From Squalus acanthias (taxonomy: Eukaryota), in the NCBI GenBank assembly GCA_030390025.1, contig CM059432.1, positions 111,726,001 to 111,790,000 on the forward strand: a stretch of 64,000 nt of DNA, given 5' to 3'. This document shows, in pieces, positions 13,142 to 23,771 of the stretch. The translations under genes and the position numbers were made by a program. The notes beneath the pieces are model-generated. The model was not told where the DNA came from. It saw nothing but the letters and a program-made list of their open reading frames with translations, and did no database searches. Position 1 is the first letter of the stretch, and each line of letters opens with the position of its first letter.

Positions 13142-13609
13142 GATACCTGCTTGAGTCATCCGGCTCCTTGGGCTTGGCCTGCTCCTGCTTGCTGACACAG
13201 GTTCACAGCCAGCAATGCTGAGAATGAGGCTCTGCAGCATCAATGAACCTTCCCTTTAAGAACTGGAAAGAGCCTGTGGCAATGATGACTTGCGATTAGG
13301 CTGCACCTGATATTAGTTAATTCTTTGAATGCAGTGACACTGAGCTCGGCCGTGAGCGCTTGATTTCGTGTTCCCTTCTTTGAGTAATGAGACTCAATTG
13401 TGCATGCAGCGAGATTCATTAGCGCCTGGCATTAATTCTCAAACTTTTCTGAAGTTACCGCCCATTCCTGAGCGATAATGAATTTCTCCCCCATAACCTT
13501 TATCACATTTGCAACTTTGGTCTATAGGTTCTTCTCGTTACAACTTCTTCGTCTGCATTGTCATCAAGTCATTGACATAAAGGTTGACTGAATGGTTTCA
13601 ATGTTCTTT

Positions 13610-14290
13610 AATGCAGAATGAAGGTGTCATGGCAAATGCCAGTGAAACTGGCAGACTTGCATTATCATTCTAGGGTGATCATTCACTAGTTGAACATTGA
13701 TAGAGTAGAAAACCTTCATGTTCATATAAGCTCGTGGCTGATCTTCTGGTGCCTTGATAGCTACACGAGTGCAGTTTGTTATGCCCTGAATACAGGGGAA
13801 GCCACCACTGCTGCTGATCCCAGAGCGCTCTCATTCTGGTTGTTGGCATAATTCACCAAGGTAATGTACTGGTTTGCGCTGGCAAGGAGGGCATGGGTGA
13901 CCTGTTTGGTGCAGCTGTGCAGTGCAGACTGGGAGATGTGGGTGATGTCCCCTATCGCCTGTGGTGAAAAAGTTAAAGACGATGGTGAATTTGACAGCCA
14001 CTGCCAAAGCATTACTCCCTAGTCCAGCAGGCAGCAGTTCCTGCTGCAACAGGCTGCATCGGTCAGCAACAGCCTGCCTGGTGAAGCTCAGCCTCCTCCT
14101 GCTCCTCAGAAAGTGACTCTTAACCCTAAAGTAACCCTGTGGGCCAGGTAAGGGCTTCTGTGAGCAGCTCTCCACACCTGCTGTCTTCTAACAGGCTCAG
14201 CTATTGCTTGTCCTGGTGACACAGGCTGCTGCTGCTCTTCCTCCAACTCTTTGCCTATGCAAAGGAGCGAAGCAAAACCAGCATCCAGGA
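13610..14290 (-). pseudogene. Decayed Harbinger transposase
   Basis: AVAVKFTIVFNFF, ISQSALHSCTKQVTHAL, NCTRVAIKAP, FYSINVQLV, HDTFIL remnants over several frames. Confidence 0.8.
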
Positions 14291-15474
14291 TAACCAGTGA
14301 GTGTTTAATGAGGGCAGGTAAGGGGGGGAAAAAATGAAAAAGAAGTAAAGTAGAAGCTCAGAACTGTCTTTGAAATGTGCTACTCACAATGGCACACAGA
14401 TCCAAATGACCCAAGTGCTTGCAGGTGAGCGGTCCTTTACATTCAGCGTGCAGTTATGTCAGTCAGTTCATGAAGCAAATCCCGCCAGGTTTTCATTAGT
14501 GGTTTACCGCTGGCCAGGACTTCTGATCAGCCCAGTTAAAATTGCACTGGGATCTAAATGAGTCATCAGACCCCAATTTGAATGTATTAATGAGGCACCC
14601 GCCTGTTTCTGGCAGGTGCATTTGCAGAGCTAAAATGATGGTTGCCGGGTTTCCTGCAGGAACAGGGCAGTAAGTCGATTTTAACTAATTTTTAATCCAG
14701 TTTCCTATCCTCCTCGTAATGTGACTTTGAAATTCCAAGAACACAGGCAAAGATGGATCAAAGCACCCCAGATGATCCTTGCACATGGAGACAGGTTTCT
14801 TAATTCATTTTTTTAATTAAAAGGACAGCTCATTCTACATATTAGTTAGACCAAAGATCTGACTCCCTCTCCTCAACACACACATATAATTGAATTTGGG
14901 TGCATTTCAAATTGGCTTGGATTCAGAAACTCAGGGTTGTCACTCACACTGCTTTGTATTTCCTTCCCCTCCTCAAACACTAGCTGTTAAGCTAGCCCAA
15001 AATGATGTGCGCTGCTTGCACCCAATTTTTCACGGTCAGCTTATCTCTTAAAAGCTATTAAAAACAGTGGGGGTGGGGGTTGCGGGGAACGGAGGTCTTT
15101 CAACTTGGGATCACTCATTTTATCTCCAAACAATGAGTGCTAAGGCACTGAAAGTTGGGTCCTGATCTTGCATGCCCGTTTCATGCACAGAATTTGCCCA
15201 TTGCCACTTTGAATCGAGGCATCTAGCATGCCTGTCTGAAATTGGCGGGTGTCTATTTAAGCATGCGAACTAGAGTCCAGTGCTTCTTTTAGGACCCAAA
15301 TGCCCTTTACAATAGCGTCCTATTCGCCAATTCTAAATCAGCTGCATATATCATGGCAGTGAACAGCCTTGAGAGCCTCATTTCTAGCTCTCAGGCAAAT
15401 ATCTGGTTAGTTTACTTGGATGTTAGTGGGCTGCTTCTGAGCTTGTTGGGAGTTTTGGTTGCTGGAACTGAGTA

Positions 15475-15845
15475 ATCATAGAATCACAGACTAGTGCAGC
15501 ACAGAAGGAGGCCATTCGGCCCATCGAGTCTGTGCCGGCTCTTTCGAAGAGCAATCCAGTCAGTCCCACTCCACTGCTCTTTCCCCATATCCCTGCAATT
15601 TTTTCTCCTTCAAGTATTTATCCAATTCCCTTTTGAAGGCTACTATTGAATCTGTATCCACCACACTATCAGGCAGCGCATTCCAGATCCTAACCATTCG
15701 CTGCGTAAAAAAGTTTTTCCTCATGTCCTTTTGCCAATCACCTTAAATCTGTGCCCTCTGGTTATCAACCCTTCAGCCATGAGAAACAGTTGCTCTTTAT
15801 TTACTCTGTCTAAACAATTTCATGATTTGAAACACCTCTGTTAAT
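15475..15845 (-). mobile_element. CR1 LINE 3' fragment
   Basis: AATCATAGAATC tail, GGAGGCCATTCGGCCCATCGAG 3'UTR motif and ORF2 C-terminal remnant similar to 1465-1760. Confidence 0.85.
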
Positions 15846-16174
15846 AGCCCTCCCGCCATTATTTGTGAAAATAATGTGATGAGTCAGCAGAGGTTTTTTG
15901 TCCAGGGGCTTCTGGCAAACGTCTCATTGGTTTCACTGCCTCTCCCTCAGTCACCCTCACCAAATGCTCTCCATCCATCAGTTGGACACATGTCATTACT
16001 CTCACTCATAGGTCTCTTCTTTGCCTGATTGCAGGAGAAGAGAGCACAGAACACCAGGGAGAGGGAGAGAACTGGACCTCCACAGGTCTCACAGCTGCAG
16101 AGGAGGAGGCGCTGGAGATCAGCAGAGTCTTGGTGTGTGTGGCCATCAGAGATGAGGGCCTCCCAGCTACCTAG

Positions 16175-17440
16175 TTTTTTTTTAATGGGATGTGGGCCTC
16201 ACTGGCAAGGCCAGCATTTATTGCCCAGGAGCCTCCTCCCCCCATTAGTTGTTTAATGGTCGACCACCATTCACGACCAGATGTGGCAGGACTTTGATCT
16301 GATCATGGGATCACTTAGCCCTATCTATAGCATGCTGCTTCTTAGCATGCATGTAGTCCTGTGTTGCAGCTTCCCCAGGTTGGCACCTCATTTTTAGATA
16401 TGCCTGGCACTGCTCATCTACACCCCTCAATTGAACCAGGGTTGGTCCCCTGGCTTGATGGTAATGGTAGAGTGAGGGAGGGATAGATATGAGGTGGAAT
16501 ACAGTTCTGCTGCTGCCCTGTTTTGAGCTGCTAGATCTATCCCATTTAGCACAACACAACAGAGGGTGTCCTCAGTGTGAAGACAGGATTCCATCTACAC
16601 AATGACTGTGCAGTGGTCACTGCTACCATGGACAGATGCATCTAGCAACAGGTAGATTGGTGAGGACAAGGTCAAGTAGATTTTTCCCCTTGTGTTGGTT
16701 CTCTCACCACCTGTTGCAGGTTCAGACTTGCAGTTATGCCCTTCAGGGCTCAGTCAATAGTGGTGCTACCAAGCCACTCTTTATGATGGACATTGAAGTT
16801 CCCCACCCAGAGTACATTCTGTGCCCTTGCTGCTTCTTCCAAGGAGGAGTACTGATTCAGCACCTGAGGGAGGGCAGTAGGTGGTCTTGCCCAATGTTGA
16901 GGACTCCCAGGGCCACTCCTTACCACTGTGCCACCACCCCTGGTGGGTCTGTTCTGCCAGTGGGACAGGACATACCCAGGAATGGTGATGGGGGAGTTTG
17001 GGACATTGGCTGAAAGGTGAGTATGACTATGTCAGGCTGTTGCTTGACTAGTTTGTGGGACAGCTGTTCTATTTTGGCACAAGTCCCAAGATGTTGGTGA
17101 GGAGGACTATGCAGGGTTGACTGGGCTGGGTATGCTGTTGTTGTGTCCATAGCTGAGTGGTTCCACTTAGTTACAACTGAGTGGCTTGCTAGGCCATTTC
17201 AGAGGGCAACTGCTGTGGGTACATATAGGCCAGACTGAGTAAGGATGGCAGATTTTCTTCCCTGAAGTACATTATTGAACCAGATGGGTTTTTACGACAT
17301 GGTCACCATTATTGATACTAGCTTTTTAATTTCAGATTTATTTAATTAACTGAATTTAAATTCCCCAGCTGCTATGGTGGGTTTTGAACTCACATTGCTG
17401 GTTTACTAGCCCAGTGATATTACCACTACACTACCGTTCC
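16175..17440 (-). mobile_element. Internally deleted APE-type LINE (RTE/RTEX-like, tentative) carrying a tRNA-like SINE head
   Basis: Endonuclease remnant (LSHKLVKQQPDIVILT...); 5' part and 3' tail (GGGCAATAAATGCTGGCCTTGCCAG ... CCCACATCCC, A-rich end) shared with the SINE at 35070-35515. Confidence 0.7.
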
Positions 17441-18599
17441 GTGTGTCAGAATTAAATATCAGACAGCCACATAGCACACAACACTCAGTCATGTTGACTT
17501 GATTTCAACAATGAGTGAAATATGATCATGTTCATAATGATAACTTGCAACATTCTTACCTTGCCAGGACTAATTCATGTTTTTTATCTCCCACAGGGCC
17601 TTCACTCGTTCAGTAGGAGTCGGTGGACGTCGCCAACGACGATTGCTCAGAGAGCTGAGTCCTTCTGAGGGTGCACCGTCACAGGACTAATGCAGACCAT
17701 GCATCAGTTCAGATACTCACACTTCAGTGGGACCAGTAAGACAGATAGTTGGGTTTTCACTTGGTGACTCACACTTCACAAGTGAGCAAAAGCAGATGGT
17801 GGAGTCGCGGACAGCAGTGGAGAGTCCGTGTCGGAGGCGCAGGCCTCTCCAAGCTCTGCTCAGCTAGACACAGATGCTGTATCCCGGGGGACGTCGATGA
17901 AGAGAAGAATTATTGAGCAGCAGCAGACGTTGTGCGATGTACTGGCAGGCGTTCCAAGCACATTGAGCACGATTGCAGAGAGATTCCAGGAGTCTGCCTC
18001 AACACCTTTAAAAGGATGGCCAACATCCTAACCTTGGCCGTGCAGGGCCCCACTGACCTGCACCAAAATGTTCTCCAGCAGAGTGGTAGCAGTGAAGTGT
18101 GGCTGGGCTATAAGAGGGATGATGGCGAAAGGGGACATGGAAGTGGGGACTCCACTCAAAAGGTTTCCACTTCTCATCCGTTGCCCGCCCCTCCCCCCCA
18201 CCCCTTAGTCAGTACCCCACATGCTGCCTCGTGTTCTGATGGCCGAGTCTGCCCCTGTACATGTGCAGGTGCAGGTGGAGGAGTCTTAGGCGGGGCCCTC
18301 ATGGGCTCCAAAACCCAGAGGACGTCAGCCAAGAGCATCTCAACAGTCTGAGTAGGGATCTGAGCAGCCTGCTTCTACCTCTGCTCAAGCTATATGCATT
18401 GTACCAGATAGGAAAAGGAAGATTAAAGACTTGTAGCTGCACAAGGGTATGCACATGGATGTCTTAGACATTGTTATACTGTTATGTTTCTGTTCTTTAC
18501 TTGAAGCACATAAAGCAGGACAGCTTTGTGTTAGTGGCATTGGAGGGAGGGGCGAAAAGTAGCTTTTGCATGAGGTTGTTAGATGGGTGCACTGGTGGA

Positions 18600-19020
18600 A
18601 CCTAAGTAAACCTCACAATAATCAGGGCACAGCAATGTGCTCAGCTGGTGGTGCATTGGCCTTTCTCCTCCTCGTCTTCCTCCTCCTCAGAATCGCCAAA
18701 GAGGTTCTGCGTTCTGCACCTTGATTCTCCTGCAGGTCCAAACCGCGCTGCTGGGCAACGTTGTGCAGAGCGCAGCACACCACGACCATTCTGGAGACCC
18801 TGGCTGGTGCGTACTGAAGGGTGCTTCCAGCACCTGAAAGGCATCTTCAGCATGTCGATGTCTTGTTCGATGACCCATTTGGTGATGATATGGCACTGAT
18901 TGTAGCGCTCTTGGGCCTCATTCCTCGAGTTTAGGAGAGGTGTCATCAGCCACGTTTTAAGTGGAAATCCCAAGTTTCCGAGCAGCCAGCCGGTAACTCT
19001 GCTTCCAGGTGCGAAGACGT
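18600..19020 (-). pseudogene. Harbinger C transposase C-terminal part
   Basis: GWLLGNLGFPLKTWLMTP ... YNQCH ... VIEQDIDMLKMPFRC, acidic tail. Confidence 0.85.
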
Positions 19021-20340
19021 CAGGGAGGTGGGGACCTGAGTAGGACTGCAACAAAGAATGGTCCATATACCCCACAAAAAGGCTGGCATGGCTAGGACCC
19101 ATACGGGTTCCTGTAGTGACACTTTTATTTGAAGAAATGAGAGGAGTCAAAGGGTAAGAACATGTTCAGTCAGGCGGAGGAGGGTGGTGGTGGATGGGAA
19201 CTGGTTGGGCCTTCATTCAAGGAAGAAGCGGAGGGCCCGCAGAACGTCCTAGTGGGGGTTGGATGTGTAGAGGGACTGGACGTCCATGGTGAAAAGGAGA
19301 CGGTTAGCAAGAAAGACTTGCATTTATATAGCGCCTTTCACAACTACTGGATGTCTCAAAGCACTTTACAGTCAATAAACTGCTTTTTGAAGGTAGTCAC
19401 CGTTGTAATGTAGGAAACGCGGCAGTCAATTTGCACACAGCAAGCTCCCACAAACAGCAATGTGATAATGACCAGATAATCTGTTTTAGTGATGTTGGTT
19501 GAGGGATAAATGTTGGCCAGGACACTGAGGATAATTCCTCTGCTCATCTTTGAAATAGTGCCATAGGATCTTTTGCATCCACCTGAGAGAGCAGACAGGG
19601 TCTTGGTTTAACGTCTCATCCGAAGGATGGCACCTCCAACAGTGCAGCACTCCCTCAGCACTGCAGTGGAGTGTCAGCCTAGGTTTTTGTACTCAAGTTC
19701 CTGGAGTGGGATTTGAACCCACAACCTTCTGACTCAGAGGCGAGAGTGCTACCCACTGAGCCACGGATTTCACACGGGCTAGGAGACTGGAAACCGTTAG
19801 TGGCAGAGGTTGTCGGAAGAGTCGTGGATGTAGGGTGGAAGAGACTGGGCAACGGGAGAAAAAATAGAGTCAAGATAGGAAGAAATAAGTTCTGTGGGGC
19901 AAGTACAAGCTGAAACGATGGGTCTACCAGGGCAGTCCTGTTTGTGGATCTTGGGAAGGAGGTAGAAGTGGGCTGTGCAGCGTTGGGGGTCTATGAGGTT
20001 GGAGACAGTGGGGTGGGGGGGGAGGGTGCAAAGATCTACAGAGGAGATGAGGTCAGTGACGGTCTGGGAAATGATGTCTTGGCATTCGGTGGTGAGGTCA
20101 TGGTCCAGGGGGGAAGTAGGAGGATGTGTTGGAGAATTTGCTGAACACCTGCGCAAGCATGATCCTGAACTTCTGATCGCTTGCCATTTTAATTCTCCAT
20201 CCCACTCTATTTCTGACCTCTCTGTCCTTGGCCTCCTGTATTGTTCTAATGAAGCTCAAGGGAAGCTGCCTTATCTGTTGAGTATTTCCAGCATTTTCTG
20301 TTTATATTTGATTTCTCAGCATCCACCGTATTTTGCCTTT
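19021..20340. mobile_element. Penelope-like element fragments: RT on - (19021-20130, split by a SINE) joined to GIY-YIG/3' end on + (20130-20340)
   Basis: FYLLPKIHKQDCPGRPIVS and GTRMGPS..LF motifs on -; FAEH ... IACHFNSPSHS..DLSVLGL and Penelope-type tail on +. Confidence 0.8.
19307..19772 (-). mobile_element. DeuSINE (SacSINE1/AmnSINE1-like)
   Basis: Reverse complement: tRNA head with GGTTCAAATCCC, Deu-domain GGCTGACACTCCACTGCAGTGCTGAGGGAGTGCTGCAC ... GGATGAGACGTTAAACC, tail GGCGCTATATAAATGCAAGTCTTTC. Confidence 0.88.
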
Positions 20341-20499
20341 ACAAATTCCCTTTATCTATACAATCAGTATACAATCTTCAAGAAACTCTATTAAATTTGT
20401 CAAACTTGACTTGCCTTTAACAAATCTGTGCAGGCAATCCCTGATGGACAAGAAAAAACAGCTATGGTTAATAGGTATTTTTTGGATTGGAGAAGGGTT

Positions 20500-20770
20500 G
20501 GTCCTCATCTTCAAATTCCTCCATGACCTCTCCCCACCCTATCCCTGCAATCTCCTCCTGTCTTATATCCCCTACTGTCCCATAACCTCTCCTGCACGCT
20601 GTGGTCCTCTGACATCAGTCTTGTTTGTAATCCCCTTCCCTTTGGCCGCCATTGGTGACAAAGCCTTCAGCCACCTCAACACTGCTCCCTGGAACTCCTT
20701 ACATTAATTCCTCTGTCTGTCCACCTTTGAAAACCTTCTTAAACCCATTTTTAACACCATGCTTTCATTC
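20500..20770 (+). mobile_element. L2 LINE 3' fragment
   Basis: LIFKFLHDLSPPY ... IGDKAFS ... WNSL remnant typical of the L2 ORF2 C-terminus. Confidence 0.7.
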
Positions 20771-21395
20771 ACTACTGGCGGTGTAAGATAGCAATCTATT
20801 TAAAGGATAATCATCCTTCAGATACACCTACCTGTCCTCTGTTCCCAATGGAGCAGAGCGATGATCAAATCTAGCATAAATATAAGACTACAGAAAAGTG
20901 TCTCCATATTAAGTGTTTTGAGTAACTCTTAAAAGGGCTAAATATATTTCTGTAATATTGCCTTTAATAGCCAAACAGCATGTTACACTGCCTGATTTTC
21001 AGAATTTCCTCAGAGCAACGTATGGAATCCAAAATTCCTTTACCCTGAATATACATGAGCAGACTGTTTAATGCCATGTGTGGTGAGAGGGCAGGATAGA
21101 TGACCCAGGAACCTTCTGCATTTGTCACACTAAACCCTTTCCCTCCCAGTATGCTTACCTGATGAATCTTAGGAGTCTGCTCAAAACCACTGAATGCCAG
21201 AACTCAGGTGGTAAAAAGTTTAAAAAAATATTGATTAAGCCTGTATCTTCTGCTCAGGTGAGCCCTGACGATCAAGGGTAAAATTGGGGATTTCACCATA
21301 AGGGAAATAGTGGGTATAAACCTCATCTTTGTATGTTTTAGATCAGCAGTGCTGGTGAATAATAAGCCGTTGAAAGGAACCACAAAAAAAACCTT

Positions 21396-22289
21396 GGGGG
21401 AAAAATTCAGTTGGTTGCGCCTCCCGTTAGCGCCTTAAGAGGGCGCTAATGGGGCACAAAACAGCTAGCGCCCGGGCGCAGCGATGTTTGCGCCGCTCGC
21501 GAACTTAACTAGACATTTTGCGGCGGCGCTAAACTTTATCGCCGCGATCTCCTGCGCCGGCAGATCATGACGTCACTCGAGTGCGCAACGCCCCGGTATC
21601 GCCCCGGAGCGGATATTGAGTGGCGCCCCCTGCCTTACCGCCTGACGCTAACAACGACAGCTTGAGGGGAGCGTTCTGCAGTCATGAAGGGAAAGGGGGA
21701 GCGCTATTTAAAGGTGACCGCTTCCTGCCTTTTATTGTTGGTGCCATTTTTGAACTACGCATTCTGAGAGAGAGAGAGGGAGAGACTTCTAGAGAGATTC
21801 AACGTTGTGTGAAGTAGTTTTGGGTACTGAGCAGCACTTTGCAGGTTCATTTTGATTTGCCATTCCTTGTATCGATTTAGCAGAGACTGTGGGGGCTGCA
21901 CTCTGAGCTCTTTGCCTGGCACTCTCCATTGTTCTTTCCAGCACATTTGATGTGCAGGTCTCTCCAGGCCGAGATTCAAGGCTGCAATGAGCAGGATGTG
22001 GATGGAAAGCAAGATTAACCATCCCCTTTAAGAACTGGCCGTGCCATTGTGTGTGTGTTCCATTGCTGACTGACATTACATGAGCTTCGCCAGCGCTCTG
22101 AGGTAGCGCCTCGCTCCTCGGCCTTTGCGCCTTAAGACAGGTGTGAAGCGCCTGATTTAGCGCTGCAATCACCTCCAGGGGCGATAAAAGTCAAGTTTGC
22201 AGTCGGTGGCGATAATTAGCGCCAGGCGCTAATCTTTGCGCCCGGCCGATATTTGCGCCCCAAACGGGGCGCGACTGAATTTTTCCCCC
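21396..22289 (-). mobile_element. Non-autonomous Harbinger-type MITE, copy 2 (894 bp, inverted relative to copy 1)
   Basis: TIRs GGGGGAAAAATTC ... GAATTTTTCCCCC; perfect 3-bp TSD CTT; colinear reverse complement of 3690-4581. Confidence 0.92.
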
Positions 22290-23554
22290 CTTGACTTTGA
22301 CAAGTAAAAGTGTAAAATAATTTTTTATTTAAACTGTGCGGCTGAGGGATTTACAAGCTGCTAACAGTTGTTTTATTCCTGACTATTCTGACTTAATCAC
22401 TGCGTGATCACATTGTGCAATTGCATCGTGATTGCTGAGGGACATCAATTGATGGGAGGAGGAGGGGGAATAAACCATTCGACAGACTCAATCTATCAAC
22501 CAATTATTTCTTTGAATAAAAGGCAATTTTACTTTTTTACTGTAAGCTTTCATATATGAAAACTTAGATTTTTTTCCCCACTTTTTTTAAACAGGGGCTC
22601 ATTATTTAAATGAGTATTCCTGATCGAAAAGCATGCAAATTGTGAGAAAGTCAGCTTTAACAGGGAAGAGATTATATCACAGATGGTCTCAAAGGGACTT
22701 TACATAAAAGTTTCCCCCCACCCCCTTTTTTTGCAGTGTGGATATGAGAGAAGAAAGAATGAAAGAAAAGAGTCATAGATTTATTGATTTTTCTCTTGAC
22801 AAGCAAGCAATTAGGAAGAATAATTTGGGAATCGGGAAATAATTGCAGAGGTATCCCATCATGAATCTAATGTTTATTATTAAATGTATTGCTAGTTGCT
22901 TCAGAACTTGTATGCTACTGATAGTGTGTCAGCATATTTCAGGAAACACATTTCCATTTTCTTAATTTGTATCCTGTCCACAGTAGAGAGTATCCAGCTC
23001 AGACGTTATGTAGATTGTTTTCTTCAAGCTGCCACTCTGCCTTTGGGACCTGCTCCATGCCTTTCATCAGCTGCCATTTTCAGCAGCATGCAGTAATTTC
23101 ATGGCTCATTGCAAGCGTTGAAAACCTTTGAAACCACAAATGCTAACTTACCTGGCCCGAAGCCATTTAGGAACACATTAATTCAGCAAACAGAAACAAG
23201 CCTCTCTCCAACTCCTGCCACGATATAAATGCAGTGTTATTGCACTGAGAGTAAATGGGGAGGAAGGAGTGCACAGCTGTGGCTGGCTTTTAAACCTCTC
23301 CTGTGTTGTTTGCAAAGTTCTCATCAGCACGCAATTGCAGTGATATCTTTATACTGAGACACCTTTTGAAACAGCTGGATTGTATACAGTACCCTTACTG
23401 TGCTGAAGTGAAGCTGTGTAGTACAGGAAATTCCTTCCTCCCCTGCAACAACACGCCCCGCCCCCACACACAAATGCACACACAAGCTTTGTCCATACCT
23501 TTCGCTTCCCACTTTACAAAAAAAAAATCAACTTTCTACCACATTGCATCGGGG

Positions 23555-23771
23555 AGAGGAATGATATGTCAATATATAATGTATATATGGGAAGGTCGAA
23601 TGATATGTCAATATTTAGTGTATATACAGGAAGGTCGAATGATATGTCAATATATTGTGTATATAGGGGGAGAGGAATGATATGTCAATATATAGTGTAT
23701 ATAGGGGGAGGGGAATGATATGTCAATATATTGTGTATATAGGGAACGGGAATGATATGTCAATATATAAT
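23555..23771. repeat. Minisatellite, ~38-39 bp unit, ~6 copies
   Basis: GAATGATATGTCAATAT recurs six times, and the array abuts the LTR start. Confidence 0.9.

Larger units (their letters stand above)
9009..13492. mobile_element. Harbinger transposon B, near full length, with Penelope-like and SINE insertions
   Basis: Perfect 13-bp TIRs GGGGGAGAAATTC ... GAATTTCTCCCCC; transposase (+) and Myb-like gene (-) convergent; TSD imperfect. Confidence 0.93.
48..14740. mobile_element. Old, heavily decayed Harbinger transposon acting as host for nested insertions (boundaries approximate)
   Basis: Myb/SANT-like remnants on + (~340-560, ~945-1080, 1270-1410, 5021-5142, 8224-~8900) join across the CR1 and Harbinger insertions. 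A convergent transposase remnant lies on - at ~13610-14290. Termini are degenerate (CAATTTTAAC near 52; TTGAAATTCC near 14727). Confidence 0.5.
15090..19020. mobile_element. Harbinger transposon C, decayed and truncated on the right
   Basis: Myb-like exon 2 at ~16034 (TTGCAG|EKRAQNTRERERTG) and exon 3 from ~17596 (homologous to 6295 onward); transposase C-terminus on - at ~18600-19020. Left boundary approximate. Confidence 0.75.
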
